A stretch of 63,464 nt of DNA, the filler included, from Folioceros fuciformis (Eukaryota): NCBI GenBank assembly GCA_049999805.1. It is 10 parts of 10 records of this genome, joined end to end, with 100 filler letters (N's around TTAATTAATTAA, not from the genome) between each part and the next. Parts side by side here need not be neighbours in the genome. Positions count along the whole stretch, not along the records: positions 8,426 to 25,971 come from JBNGIO010002325.1; 9 more parts are not named here. One strand, written 5' to 3'. The position numbers and the translations under genes were made by a program. Numbering within the stretch: position 1 is the stretch's first letter; the number at the start of each line of letters is the position of its first letter. A model generated the notes under the pieces. It was not told the DNA's origin, made no database searches, and saw nothing but the letters and a program-made list of their open reading frames with translations. Positions 11,256 to 22,312 of the stretch are shown one piece after another.

Positions 11256-14200
11256 TCAAACTCGCGTACGCACCAAAGGGGACACAGAATCGGTGTGCTC
11301 GTAAAAAATTCTAGAGAGAGGGGGCGTGTCCGCTTTGGTATGCCATACTGAGGCTGTGGGACACGGATTTTGACCCGTCTCCACGATTTGAGAGAGTTCC
11401 TTCATTACCCATCGCATTTTAGGTCTTGCTGGCCCGGTGGCTCTTGTGCAACGCATGGCAAGCTCCACAAGCCTCGACACAGATTCTGCCGGATATTGCT
11501 CTCCCAGACTCGGGTCTACCACCATGTCCACGCTACCAGCATGTACCGCGTTTTTCACCTGCACAGCCAAAAGGTCCGGTTCCAGAAATCGAACGTTGTT
11601 CCGAATCCGAATTGGAGATACTTGTGCGTTCCACATCGTCAGTAACAATGTTTTCATGCTCACCCGCTGCACAATGAAACGATCGGTTTGGGAAAGCGCA
11701 TCAGGAAGCAACGCTTGCCTCCTACACAGAATCTCTAGGAGTACTACCCCGAAGCTGTAAACGTCGCATTTGTGGGTGAGGCAACCTGACACTTGATACC
11801 TGCAAGCACATCGGATTGTGAAGTTCAGGAGAACAGTATACTTGTGAGCAACATGATGGCACAAACGCGGATCGAATTTCGCACTACTTACTCAGGATCC
11901 AGGTACCCTAGTGTTCCGATCACTCTGGTGGTGACATGACTCGTGTCCTCGCTTTTCAACTTCGAGATCCCAAAATCTGCCAACTTTGCCTCCATACTGC
12001 TGTTTGAGGAGAACATTGCTTGTCTTGACGTCCCTGTAAATGATAAAGGGGTTACAGCCTGCGTGGAGGTAAAGGACGCCTGGAACCCATGCATCAAGTG
12101 AAGATCATTAGCAGCCAGCAGCTCAAGGCTGCAACAGTGGATAGCCTTGACCTATAGATTCACCCAGCTGCTTACCATTGGCAGCATCCAAGGCAATGTT
12201 CAATCTCTGCTGCCATCTCAATGGAGGTGCAGAGTTTGCACCTTCACATGTCAACAACGTTCGTAGTCAGTTCCACACATGACCCTCAAGAGACATAAAG
12301 CCACACGTTTGCCCAAGAGGTTTCGCTGACTGACCATACAGTCTCTGCCCCAGGTCACCTCCAGGCATGAACTCGTACAAGAGTTTCAGGTCTGGTGGGT
12401 CGTTACAGTAGCCGACCAGGCTCAGCAGGTTTTTGTGGCTAATAGTGGATAAAAGAGCAACCTGCTACACATGACATTGGAGGAAGGCTCAGTACCCTGG
12501 CTGGCATTTCCGTCCCTGGCTGCACCTACAAACCAGAGAACAGATCCCACCTCATTATAAAACTCCTTCGATCCTTGAGGAGTTTTTCCTGAAAGAGTTT
12601 TTACTGCCACTTCCTGCTTATTTTGAAGCACGCCGTAGTAAACAGGGCCAAAACCTCCTTCCCCAAGCTTTTGAGGAAAGTTGTTAGTGGCCTTCATCAC
12701 AGCTTCCGGAGTAAAGTGGTTACCCACTGCTTTCCCTCGCACGAGGATGTGACCTGAAACTAAAAGATACTGACATCAACTTCTTTTGGTCCTCAAACCA
12801 TCTGAGCTTCCAACATTCCCCTGCCAGACTTGAGAGGATGAGAGTGAGAGTCTCTGAACAGGTACCCCTTTGGGAAGAGTCGCTTTTGCGATTGAAGGTG
12901 ATACATCTGCCGTCCTTAATCTTGATGTACCACACGACCACTCCAACTACGATGACAACTGATCCAGCAACTCCAACGAAGGAGGCCACATGGAGCAAAC
13001 TTTTCAACTTGCTAGACCGAGGGCTCTTGAGTGGAGTGGTTTGCGAGGGTGGGGAAATGGGTCCAGGAACGGGACACACAGCATTGTTTACCGGGTAGCA
13101 TTGGAGAAGAGGATTTCCAGAGTACCTGCAGGACACAAGATTCATGTTAGTCCACGGAAGCTCTGGTACACGGAGTCCGGACTGACGTTCCCCGCTCGAT
13201 TATCTTTCTTATTTGCCATGAATGGGCGAGGGCACCAACCTGAATTTCGAGCCTACATTGGTGACGAGGTAGCTTGAGAAGGTCCCATCCAGCAGGTTGT
13301 TTGAGACGTCTCTGCTTAAGACATCTCTGTGGTCAGTGCTAGAAGACTAGTCTGTGAAAGGAACGTGGCCTAAAATCCAAAAGCAGCTGCACCAAATACT
13401 GCGGACTTGAGCTTGTCACTAACAGATATGTGAGATGTTGCAGCCAGGTGTCCAACGATCCAGTAAGTTGGTTGTTTGCCAGATTCCTGCAGTACAGTAC
13501 TTTCATGTGAGTTGTTGTTCCCCGGCTAGGAACCATTAGATATTCTCAAGCGAGAATGCAACAAAGTATCCGCTTGCGATCGCGAGGACAACAAATATGG
13601 CAGAGTGGTGGCCATACAAGACAGTTAAAGCCGTGAGGTTCTGTAAATCTTGTAATAGAGGTCCCGAAAAACTGTTGTCGGTCAAATTGCTGCACATCGA
13701 ATGGGCGCACACACTTATCGATCTTTCACGAGCAGTCTGGAATTTCAGCTTCCTTGCCAAGCATGTAGGGAAGATTACTCACATGGTTGTCAGGGAAGTG
13801 AGGGCAGTAAAGTTGGACGCACGTATAAGGCCCGTGAGATGTTTCCCCGACAGCTTCCTGCAAAGCAAGTTATCATGACACCTGTCCGTCCAGAGTCTGA
13901 AGGCCGAGTTCTATGCTTCATGAGACAGGCTTGGTTTGTGACCTCACAAAGAAGTGACTCTGATATCTGTGACATCCGAGGTTGAGCAGGAAACGTCGTC
14001 CCATGAGACCGGCTTGCAGGGATCTCCGACCCAGTAGCTGAAGTTGAAGGTGCGTTTGATCACAGCCAAAGCATCCACTGCACGGCACAGCAATTAATCG
14101 CTACCACAATTATAAAACACCATCTTGCAGCCAGATGACTCACCTGCAAGTCTGGAGGAGAAGGACGCAAATTTGGATTCAACCTACCATCTACAGGATT

Positions 14201-15656
14201 TGTACCACTCTGGAGCTTCTGAACATGATACAACTTGTCAATGTTGACCAGTGCGTCTAGTGTGGACACGGGATTTCTTGTCACAGTAACGGAAAAGGAA
14301 GAGTTTCCTAGTCCTGTGGGAGTCCCATCTATATATCCCCAGGCGTTGATGGTGAATGCCAAGTAAGGAAGGATCAAGTGGTCAGCAAAACCATCTTGAA
14401 AAGTGCCCGACGAAAATTCGATCCCGATTACCCTTCTGCACAACGTTCAACGACGGGCTTCAAGCAGGAGTCTCAGAGCTCCAAGACGGACAAAAAATTG
14501 TTCTTTCATTCGATACATGACTAACGGGTTCCTGGTATGCAACGTGTCTAGGAGCGCCAAAGAGGAATTCAGTTCCTGGCAGCCGACAACGTTGAAAATG
14601 TCTGCTCCGATCTCTACAGGGCGAGTGTAGGTTATCCTGGGGCTCATGACACCTGACCGCATGATGGGAGCTGGAATGGATTCGGGGACTGGTTTGGTAT
14701 CGAAATATGCCTTTTCCTGAAGTGGTCAGAGTGTGACAGTGTATTGAGAGACGTGGTGAGGACTAAGGCATAGAAGGCTCCAATTGTCCACACCGCAACG
14801 GAGAGAGGGCGTTCCGTTCCCCGAAATTGATCCTGCTCACGAGCCGCAAGTTGGCACGTAGGTCGCCAAGCCTGTTGGTGTAACCTTCAGTCCCGATTTG
14901 CCTTAGCTCCAGCGTGTTGAAGAAGGGAATGCTGGGGCCTGTTCTGATGAGGCAGACACTCAGCGAAGAGTTTTGAGTGGGAGCAGTGATGGCCTCGAAG
15001 TAGGAAATCGTGCGCGTGCTGGTAGCAGTGGCCAATCGCCCATTGATTTCCACGTCGTCCACCCACGGCGTGTTGTCCAGAGCAATCTGGCAAGTACGTG
15101 TACGTTGCAGATGGATTGCTGAAGATTCATGTGCACCCAACACAGGTGCATTGGAACTCGGGAGTAGTCAGCTCCTGGACCAGTCTGCGGGGCGATGGGC
15201 GAGCTCACCTGGAATTGAATGGCGGAGGATTGCCCCATCGTAGCTCCCGTACAGGAAGCCAGCTCTGATGAGATAGATGTTGGGCGGAGTGGTCGGCAGA
15301 AGGAAACAATTCTTGTTTGGCGATGAGGTTGCTGGAAAGTACCTCACGCTCTGAAACTTAGCTGAGACTGGTGTCGCATTTGCTACCTTGCCTACATTCC
15401 CCGTGGAAATAAAATTGCTGTCTGCTTGCCATCGTACGTCAGGCAAGTTGTTGTGGATGAAGCCATTGCTGTTGTTCCCAGCGCAGCCCAAGGTCAGAAA
15501 TTCCCTGTTCCCAAGCACTGGGATGAACATGAATTCCGTACGTATCCAGTTACAACTTGCAAGCTCTACGAATGCATTCTATATCACCTTGTTGAGCACA
15601 GATGCATTACCCTCCAAGGCAAGGGCTGATAGAAGAGACAGCAGAGGCCACCACAT
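11256..15656 (-). pseudogene. Malectin-like domain LRR receptor-like kinase (LRR-I/SYMRK-like architecture), disrupted as assembled
   Basis: Signal-peptide exon MWWPLLSLLSALALE (15656-15611), malectin-like exons, WVGDPC motif (about 14020), four ~70-nt LRR exons, TM helix and kinase ([37 protein letters not shown]). There are +1 frameshifts near 15233-15236 and 12003-12005 and an in-frame TGA at 14447-14449. Confidence 0.9.
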
Positions 15657-16117
15657 TGTGCCGTGTGCAGTTCATGCCACTCAGGATTTCCCGACGAGCG
15701 CAAGACAAAATCAAGCTGCAGTCGGACATGCAGAATGCGCAGATGTTGCACAGCCTGTTGGGCCCGTCCCGTTGAGTACATGTGTGGAAAGTAGGGAAAG
15801 CTCACATGGTGCGAGCTCGAAAAGCTGGCTGCTCGCCTTGGTAAACATCCAGCGTTGAAATTCCAACCCAAACGTTGTTCATGAATACGTCACCGTCTCC
15901 TCCTCGGTAAACCACCAAAGAGAGATTTGACCCAAGTCCTCATCTGTTTCCACATCATTCGCTAAGAATCTCGAATCCCTCTGTTCCCCACAGGCTCAGA
16001 GCCTGCCGGGTACAAATGTATGATTTCCACGAAAGGTGTGGCATCGATACGATTTCAAAGCTCCAGCATTCACGCTCCACTGCTACTGTAGAACTCTAAG
16101 TAAGCAACACACTTACT

Positions 16118-16216
16118 GTTAACAAGCCTGCAAACTGCAGTCTGTAAGGCGAGACATGGAGAACATGCTCTCCTCGTCAAGTCTTGCTCGATCACGAAGT
16201 TCTGCTGAAACAAATT
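16118..16216 (-). pseudogene. Orphan 3'-terminal remnant of a paralogue of the neighbouring aspartic protease
   Basis: TGCTCGATCACGAAGTTCTGCTGAAACAAATT is identical to 16641-16672, and similarity continues to the stop codon. Confidence 0.85.
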
Positions 16217-16576
16217 TCTCAAGATAGTGATCTTGCTTGACTTGTCCAAGAGTGAACCAACTAGGATATGCTACACGTGTTGGGATGAAAGAACTCCAGA
16301 GTCAGGCAAAGCGATTGCTGATCAGTGCCCATTCTTGAAAGGTTTGGAAGCAAAGTTTCTTGGCATTCTTGAACGCCTAACGTCCACCCTCGTGTGTCCA
16401 GGCCTAACTAGCTCCGGCAACTACACCGATCGCACAAACCCTTCACGTTCCGTCAATGTCCGACATCGGTAGAGTCTGAAACTCCTGCCCGCAAAAGATC
16501 TGGCAAAGGTATGAAAGCAAAGGGCACCAAAAGTGGACCACGATCCAGAACCACATTACACGGCACCAGCAAACAG

Positions 16577-18365
16577 TTAATCGGCCTGCAAGCTACAGTC
16601 TGTGAAGCTGGAGATGGAGAACATGCTCCTACTCAAATCGTGCTCGATCACGAAGTTCTGCTGAAACAAATTGCCGAAGATCGAAAAGGGGTGTGAGGAA
16701 GAAACAAAGGCGTAGCAGTAGACGGCACGCTCGCGTGAGACGGGCCACAGGTAGTTGCCGATTGGCAGCGCCCAATTCACACCGCCCTGCAGATGGACGG
16801 TCATGTTGGGCACTGCGGACGACAACGTGGAGGGGTCAGCAACGTGGTAACAGGGGCCAAAGCCCAACTCCGCCTCAGCCGAATTGTTGAGCTCCAGCCC
16901 CACAGTCTGCGCCTCAAGCACCGTCCTGAGAGGGGCATAAACGTCAGTCCTCAAAAGCTGAATGGTAGTTCCGGAATCCAAGAGCACACCTCCCGTCCCC
17001 GTGACATTGTCGACAGTCCAGGCAGACTGCGGTATGTCCACCGGCTTGCCCCCGACACTCAGGCCTGTGACGCCGAGGAAGTAGAAACTTGTGCTCAGAA
17101 GGGCGTTGGTGACCATAGGAGTGCGCTCCCACTCCAGCCCATTGCTGGAGTTCACCTGTTCTGGTAGATGGCCGAAGTATATGTAACCCTGACTTGCGTT
17201 CTGTGCGAAGCGGTCCGGCAAGCAGTAGGAAAATTTCTTCGCGTCCAGTTGGCTGGCAAAGCTGAGAGGCCCTTTGTCCAACCCCATTAGGCCGGATGCT
17301 CCCAGCTCCAACCCAGGTCTTGTGTACTGGCCGCATCCCAGTACGAGCGTCTGGTCTGTCGCTCCCTCAGTGACTGCAATATGCAGGATTGATGATCGTC
17401 ATTGATGGTGCCCCCCGTTTGCAAGCACAGGTGCAGGCTATTTGCTGGATTGCGCTCGTGAAGGCTAGGAACAAGTGACGACGGTATGGAAGAAAGATAT
17501 GTGTATGAAAGAAAGGCTCGAAAGGGCGCCAAGGGTTGCTGAGTACCTCGATCGGCAGCAGGCTGGGTGGCAACCACGTCCGTTGCCACATCCCCAACAG
17601 TGGCGCTGCCATCCCCATACACAATATGGAACTGGCACTCCTGGACTGAGGTATCGCAGCCCGAGATCGCGCCCGTCAGGTTCGTGCAGAGGGCATCAGA
17701 GCATGACACCACTGAGTAAGATGACGACTTGGTTGGCTCGAAAGTCATGTTGCTCAGGCACGTATTGCAGGGCCTGCACTCCACCCATGTCAGCTCGCTT
17801 CCGGTGTCTATGATGAGCAGTGTCTCTTGCGCTGGTGTCCCAACCTGTACACGAGCTCCCACACCCATTAGAAGCGGAACGTTACCTTAGGCTGTCATGA
17901 CGCAGTTACTGCCTCACATTGCACAGGATTATGCGGAATTCACGAAGCTCGTGAGAACTGTGGCTGTGAAATCTTGCGTGCCTCGAGAGTGAGGTAGTAC
18001 TCCACGCTGCCGAAGCCCAGTGAGACGATCGGACTGGATGCTGCAAACTCGTTAACCAACTCGGCGGTGCTGAATGCCGGATCTACTTCCTTCGATTTCA
18101 ACCAGGCAGAGAACGCCCCTTCCCTGGTCTGGTAAAGAGCACCGATCTGGTCAGCTCGGGTCCTACTCCTGCGTACCACTTCTTTCACCCATTCATATGG
18201 ACTCCAGTCCGGGGACGTGGCCGTCAAGATGGGTGAATTGTCTGCCACCAATTTCCGGACGAATCCCGGCTGGGACGACCTCGCCCCAAAGCTCTCACCG
18301 ACCACCCATGGCAGCCTGGCCAGCTCGGACGGGTGGAATTCGAACTGCAGCAGCAGCTGCTTGTC
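16577..18365 (-). CDS. Nepenthesin-like (pepsin A1 family) aspartic protease, true 5' end unresolved
   Basis: Exons about 18365-17982, 17844-17546 and 17373-16577 splice in frame. Motifs GSVEYYLTLE/VGTPAQ, catalytic DTGS and DSGT, Cys-rich insert, KFSYCL and IFGNLFQQNF. Confidence 0.9.
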
Positions 18366-19851
18366 TGCAGGCACGACGAATCCTCATCAGTCTGCACGAC
18401 CCAGCTAGGCAAGTACTTACAGGCCTGCATTATCCGGATTTCCTCCTGTATCGCCTCAACCTCCCAATCAGGCAGAGTTGTACAGCTCGCAAACGAGAAA
18501 CCCAAGGGGCAGACTGTCCAGCTGCAGCCTCCCAAAAGAGGGCTCACCAAGTCCTCCAAGCTTAGTTTCGCTTCTCCAGAACAGAAGGGGCGACAGGGCG
18601 AGGAGCCAGAGTCCCAAATAGGATCCAGACGCACCCCAGATCATTTTCGGAGCGACAGTCACTGCAGAAATCGTTGAGCAAGACGCCACACGAGCACCGC
18701 CCACATCGTGTGGAATAGGGGCGCACTATCGAGTGGTCGATCTCCAGTTCTGGATCAGTGAACCCGTCGAACTGGAAGATGTCTCCCACAGTCATGAATT
18801 CCTTCTAACTGGCCAGATCAGCTCACTGTTTGATTATGGACACGTAGATGACCCTTTCTCATCCTGGTTTAGCGGTGCACTTCTTGCCCCAGTGCCTCCA
18901 GAGATGTAAGGATGTGGAGAGTTCCCAAGGCTGCTTTTCATCACTCAATACGTGCTTCTTCCTAGGAATATGTCTGGAAAGGGTTACACCGGCGGGATTC
19001 CTTCATCCATTCCACGTCCTGTCCTGTGAGTGCAAGAAAGTCTCCCGTGAACACTTGATGCCTATCTATGGAAAGTGGCCGATCCCACGTCCTCAAGTTG
19101 AAGCTGGAAGGCAATTTAATTGCTTTCAAGATTGTTCAAGCCCTGAAGAAGCCATTGACGGCCTCGCTCACTGTCTCCCATTGATTTTGACAAGAATGTC
19201 TAGGGCAGGATGTTTCCAACGACAACCTGGATGCTACATTCCCGACCTGGGATATCACAGCACGAAGGTATTCCAGTCCTGCTCGTCCCCAAGGTGAAGG
19301 CCAAAGTAGCAGACTCCGGGGCGTGGGTGTCCAACCTCTTCAACGAGCGGGGAAGCATGGCATGTGGCCGCCATGGACAGAGGCAGGAGGATAGCATACC
19401 CTGGCTTCTCCCTTGTCTGAAGTAAGGTTATTAATTTGTCGCAATCAAACCAATGGGCTACCCAGAGTCTTAAGTGAGTTGGTTAGTCTGTCGTAAGACG
19501 ACCAACTATGTACGTAATGCTTGGCGGGTGGTTTGGTTGCGCATCATTAGCCCGAGCGTCTGACCTAAGTACATGGTCCGTTGCACCTTCCAGACGACGC
19601 GTGATTTCCTTTCTTCCCCCGGCCTTCTCCTGGGTCGAGCGGGCCGCCATGGCGCACGTCGGCGTCGCAGGCTTTCTCTTGTGGCTCATGGCGTTCTGGG
19701 TGGTGCGCACGCTCATCCGCCTGAACGTGGTGTGAAAGCGAAGGGAGGGGAAAAGGAGGGGTATTTTCGACTGGGACGGTCCGAGGCCGCGGCTGATCCG
19801 GGAGCTGCGAATCGGGGGTGTGCCAGCTCCGAGCTCGGGGTGGATGCAGCC

Positions 19852-21099
19852 ATGCGGAGGATCATGAGGTCGAGCGCAACTTCGAGTGTGAGTGTGAGCG
19901 TGAGCGTGAGCATGGTGGTGGCTGGGGACTTGGGGTCCCCCGACCCCAGCTCCTCCAGCCTGGGCCTGGGAGGCCGCGACACGGACTGGGGCCAGCTCCC
20001 ACAGAGTCTGCTGGAGGAGGTGCTGCGGCGGCTGCCTGTTGCTGCGCAGTTGCGATTCCGGAGCGTGAGCAAGTGCTGGCTGGGGATCCTCACCAGCCCG
20101 GGCTTTCTGTGGGATTGCGTCCCCAGGGAGCCGGCCCCGGCCGCGATCCTAGCCCTGGGGGCCCGCTTCGTGCTGGAGGAGAGGGTGGAGCAGCCGTACC
20201 CGCTCCCGACCCCGCTCTGCTTCTACGGCCTCCCGCCGCTGCAGGGACCGCTGGCGAGAGTGGACCTCTGCGCCTCCCACGGAGGTCTCGTGTGCATTTT
20301 TCGCTTCCGCCAGTGCCGCCCGCCCCCGGGGGGAGGGTTCTTCGTGCTCAATCCCATGACCCGGTCGTGGCGGAAGCTGCCGGCCGGGCCTGCGAACCCC
20401 TCCACGATGGCCCTGCGGGTGGATGACGCCTCCAAGGCCTACACTGTCGTGGTGGGGGGGGCGGCGTCGCTCATCAGGGGCGCCGACTCGAGCTTCTACA
20501 TGTACGAGGCGAGCACGGACAAGTGGGAGGATGTCGGGCCGATTCGGTATGGGCTGCAGTGCCTTGACACGGTGTTTTTCGGGGAGGTGGCCTACTTCCT
20601 GGGTTCGGAGTTGGACGTGGTGGGCTGGAACGTGAAGAGCAGGGAGTGGGAGTCGAAGATCCTGCCGCCTCCGGCCGAGTTCGATACCGGCAGGCTGCTC
20701 TCGCACCGGGGGGAACTGCTCATGATCGCCCTCTACACTTGCGCCTCCAAAAGGTACGGGATCTGGCGGCTGCTGCCGGACGGGGTGTGGGGGCAGGTGG
20801 CGCTTCTCAGCGACAGCTCCTTCGGCGACTTCTTCCCCAACCTGGCCGCGCCCTCGCGGGGCCACGTCTGGTGCGTCTTGAGCTTTGGGGAGACCGTCTG
20901 CCTCGACCTTCTCCTGGACGAGCACGTGTTCCCTGAAGAAGAGGAAGAGGTCGAGAGTAAAACAGTCCGCCGCCGGGTCCTCCTCGCCTTCGACTTCTCC
21001 ATCAGGGCCTGGTTCGTCATGCCGCTGCAGTTCCTGAACTCTTTGAGCAGCACCGACTCCTTGCTCTCCTTCCAGCCCAGGTTGGACTCCATCGTGTGA
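19852..21099 (+). CDS. F-box protein with a kelch-like C-terminal region (415 aa, intronless)
   Basis: F-box motif WGQLPQSLLEEVLRRLPVAAQLRFRSVSKCW, then ASHGGLVC, VLNPMTRSWRKLP and C-terminal FQPRL. First ATG is at 19852. Confidence 0.92.
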   Translation: MRRIMRSSATSSVSVSVSVSMVVAGDLGSPDPSSSSLGLGGRDTDWGQLPQSLLEEVLRRLPVAAQLRFRSVSKCWLGILTSPGFLWDCVPREPAPAAILALGARFVLEERVEQPYPLPTPLCFYGLPPLQGPLARVDLCASHGGLVCIFRFRQCRPPPGGGFFVLNPMTRSWRKLPAGPANPSTMALRVDDASKAYTVVVGGAASLIRGADSSFYMYEASTDKWEDVGPIRYGLQCLDTVFFGEVAYFLGSELDVVGWNVKSREWESKILPPPAEFDTGRLLSHRGELLMIALYTCASKRYGIWRLLPDGVWGQVALLSDSSFGDFFPNLAAPSRGHVWCVLSFGETVCLDLLLDEHVFPEEEEEVESKTVRRRVLLAFDFSIRAWFVMPLQFLNSLSSTDSLLSFQPRLDSIV

Positions 21100-22312
21100 T
21101 CCGGAGGAAGGGCTGGACTCCATCGTGGGATCCGAGGACTCCATGGAGCCTCCAGTCCCCTCCTCTGTCTGTCTGCCTGAGGAGGAGCTGGCAACGTCGT
21201 CAAATCAGGTGGTGGGAGGAAGGGGCAGGCAGGTTTGGGTAGCAGGCCTTTGTTTTGAGCTTGCCATTGCCTGCAGGGGACGGAGACAGGGAAGGTTGGG
21301 AAGCGGTTGTGCAGACCTTCATCAGCTTGCAAGGACTTGTTCTCCTTGGGCTGGGCTACCTACCATGGGGTAGGGCTTGGATTGATGGTATCAATGAAGC
21401 TGCTCAGCTTGGATAGTGAATGGATACTCTCGAGCATGTCACATCGAAAGTACCAACCAGTGTGGGTGATCTAGATCACTTGGATTAGCCCGTCCCGGAC
21501 ACCTCGACCTGTTTCAACTTACCCAGGGTCTTGGAACGTCTGGGTTGAGGAATGGAATGCATACCTTTGTAACTCCGAGGCTTGGAAACTTAACGGCAGA
21601 ACAGCACTTAGACAAGTTTGTTGAGTGGGAGGTTCTGTTCGTGATGAGAGAGGGAGTTGTCATGCGTGATTGACGTCCAGTCACTGATCGGATCTGGCTC
21701 TCACGCCGGAACATGGAGTAGAAAAGGAGAAAGAGGCTAGCATTCTATCTGATTTCCTCCTGCAATTGAAAGCCCAAAAGAGGAGGCAAGTTGCAAAGAG
21801 CGAAAGCCCAAAATAGCAGGCAAGTTGCAAAGAGTGAAAGCCGAAAAAACGCGTTTCAAGCCCTCTGTTCGCGGATACGCAGACCCCTGGAGTGGGACGT
21901 CTGCTCTGGACGAGCAATGGCATTGGTGGCACCTCTCTTCTGGGTGGGCTGTCCATTCTAGGATCCTTGGGAGCCGTGTGAAAGACTTTCTCTGCCGAAA
22001 ATGGGAAAAAAATGGGAAGGAGAAAGGTGTATATCCAATATGTAGCACGCACCGGCAGTTACGAAACCGGCGATTAAGTGGTGATCAAGACTAGTGATGT
22101 CGAGCCTGCAAATCGTGAAAATACAACGCGGCTTTCGCAGACGGCGATCGATGGGAACGGGCTGAATTCGAGAGTCGCGCCGTACGAGTCGGGTGCAGCG
22201 CGGGATGGAGTGACGAGAGCGAGCAAAACGCTAAGTAACGATAACGACACGGTTAGCAAAGCAAATCGGAACAGCGGGTTACAACACCGGATCCCACAAC
22301 CCTCCCTCCGGA

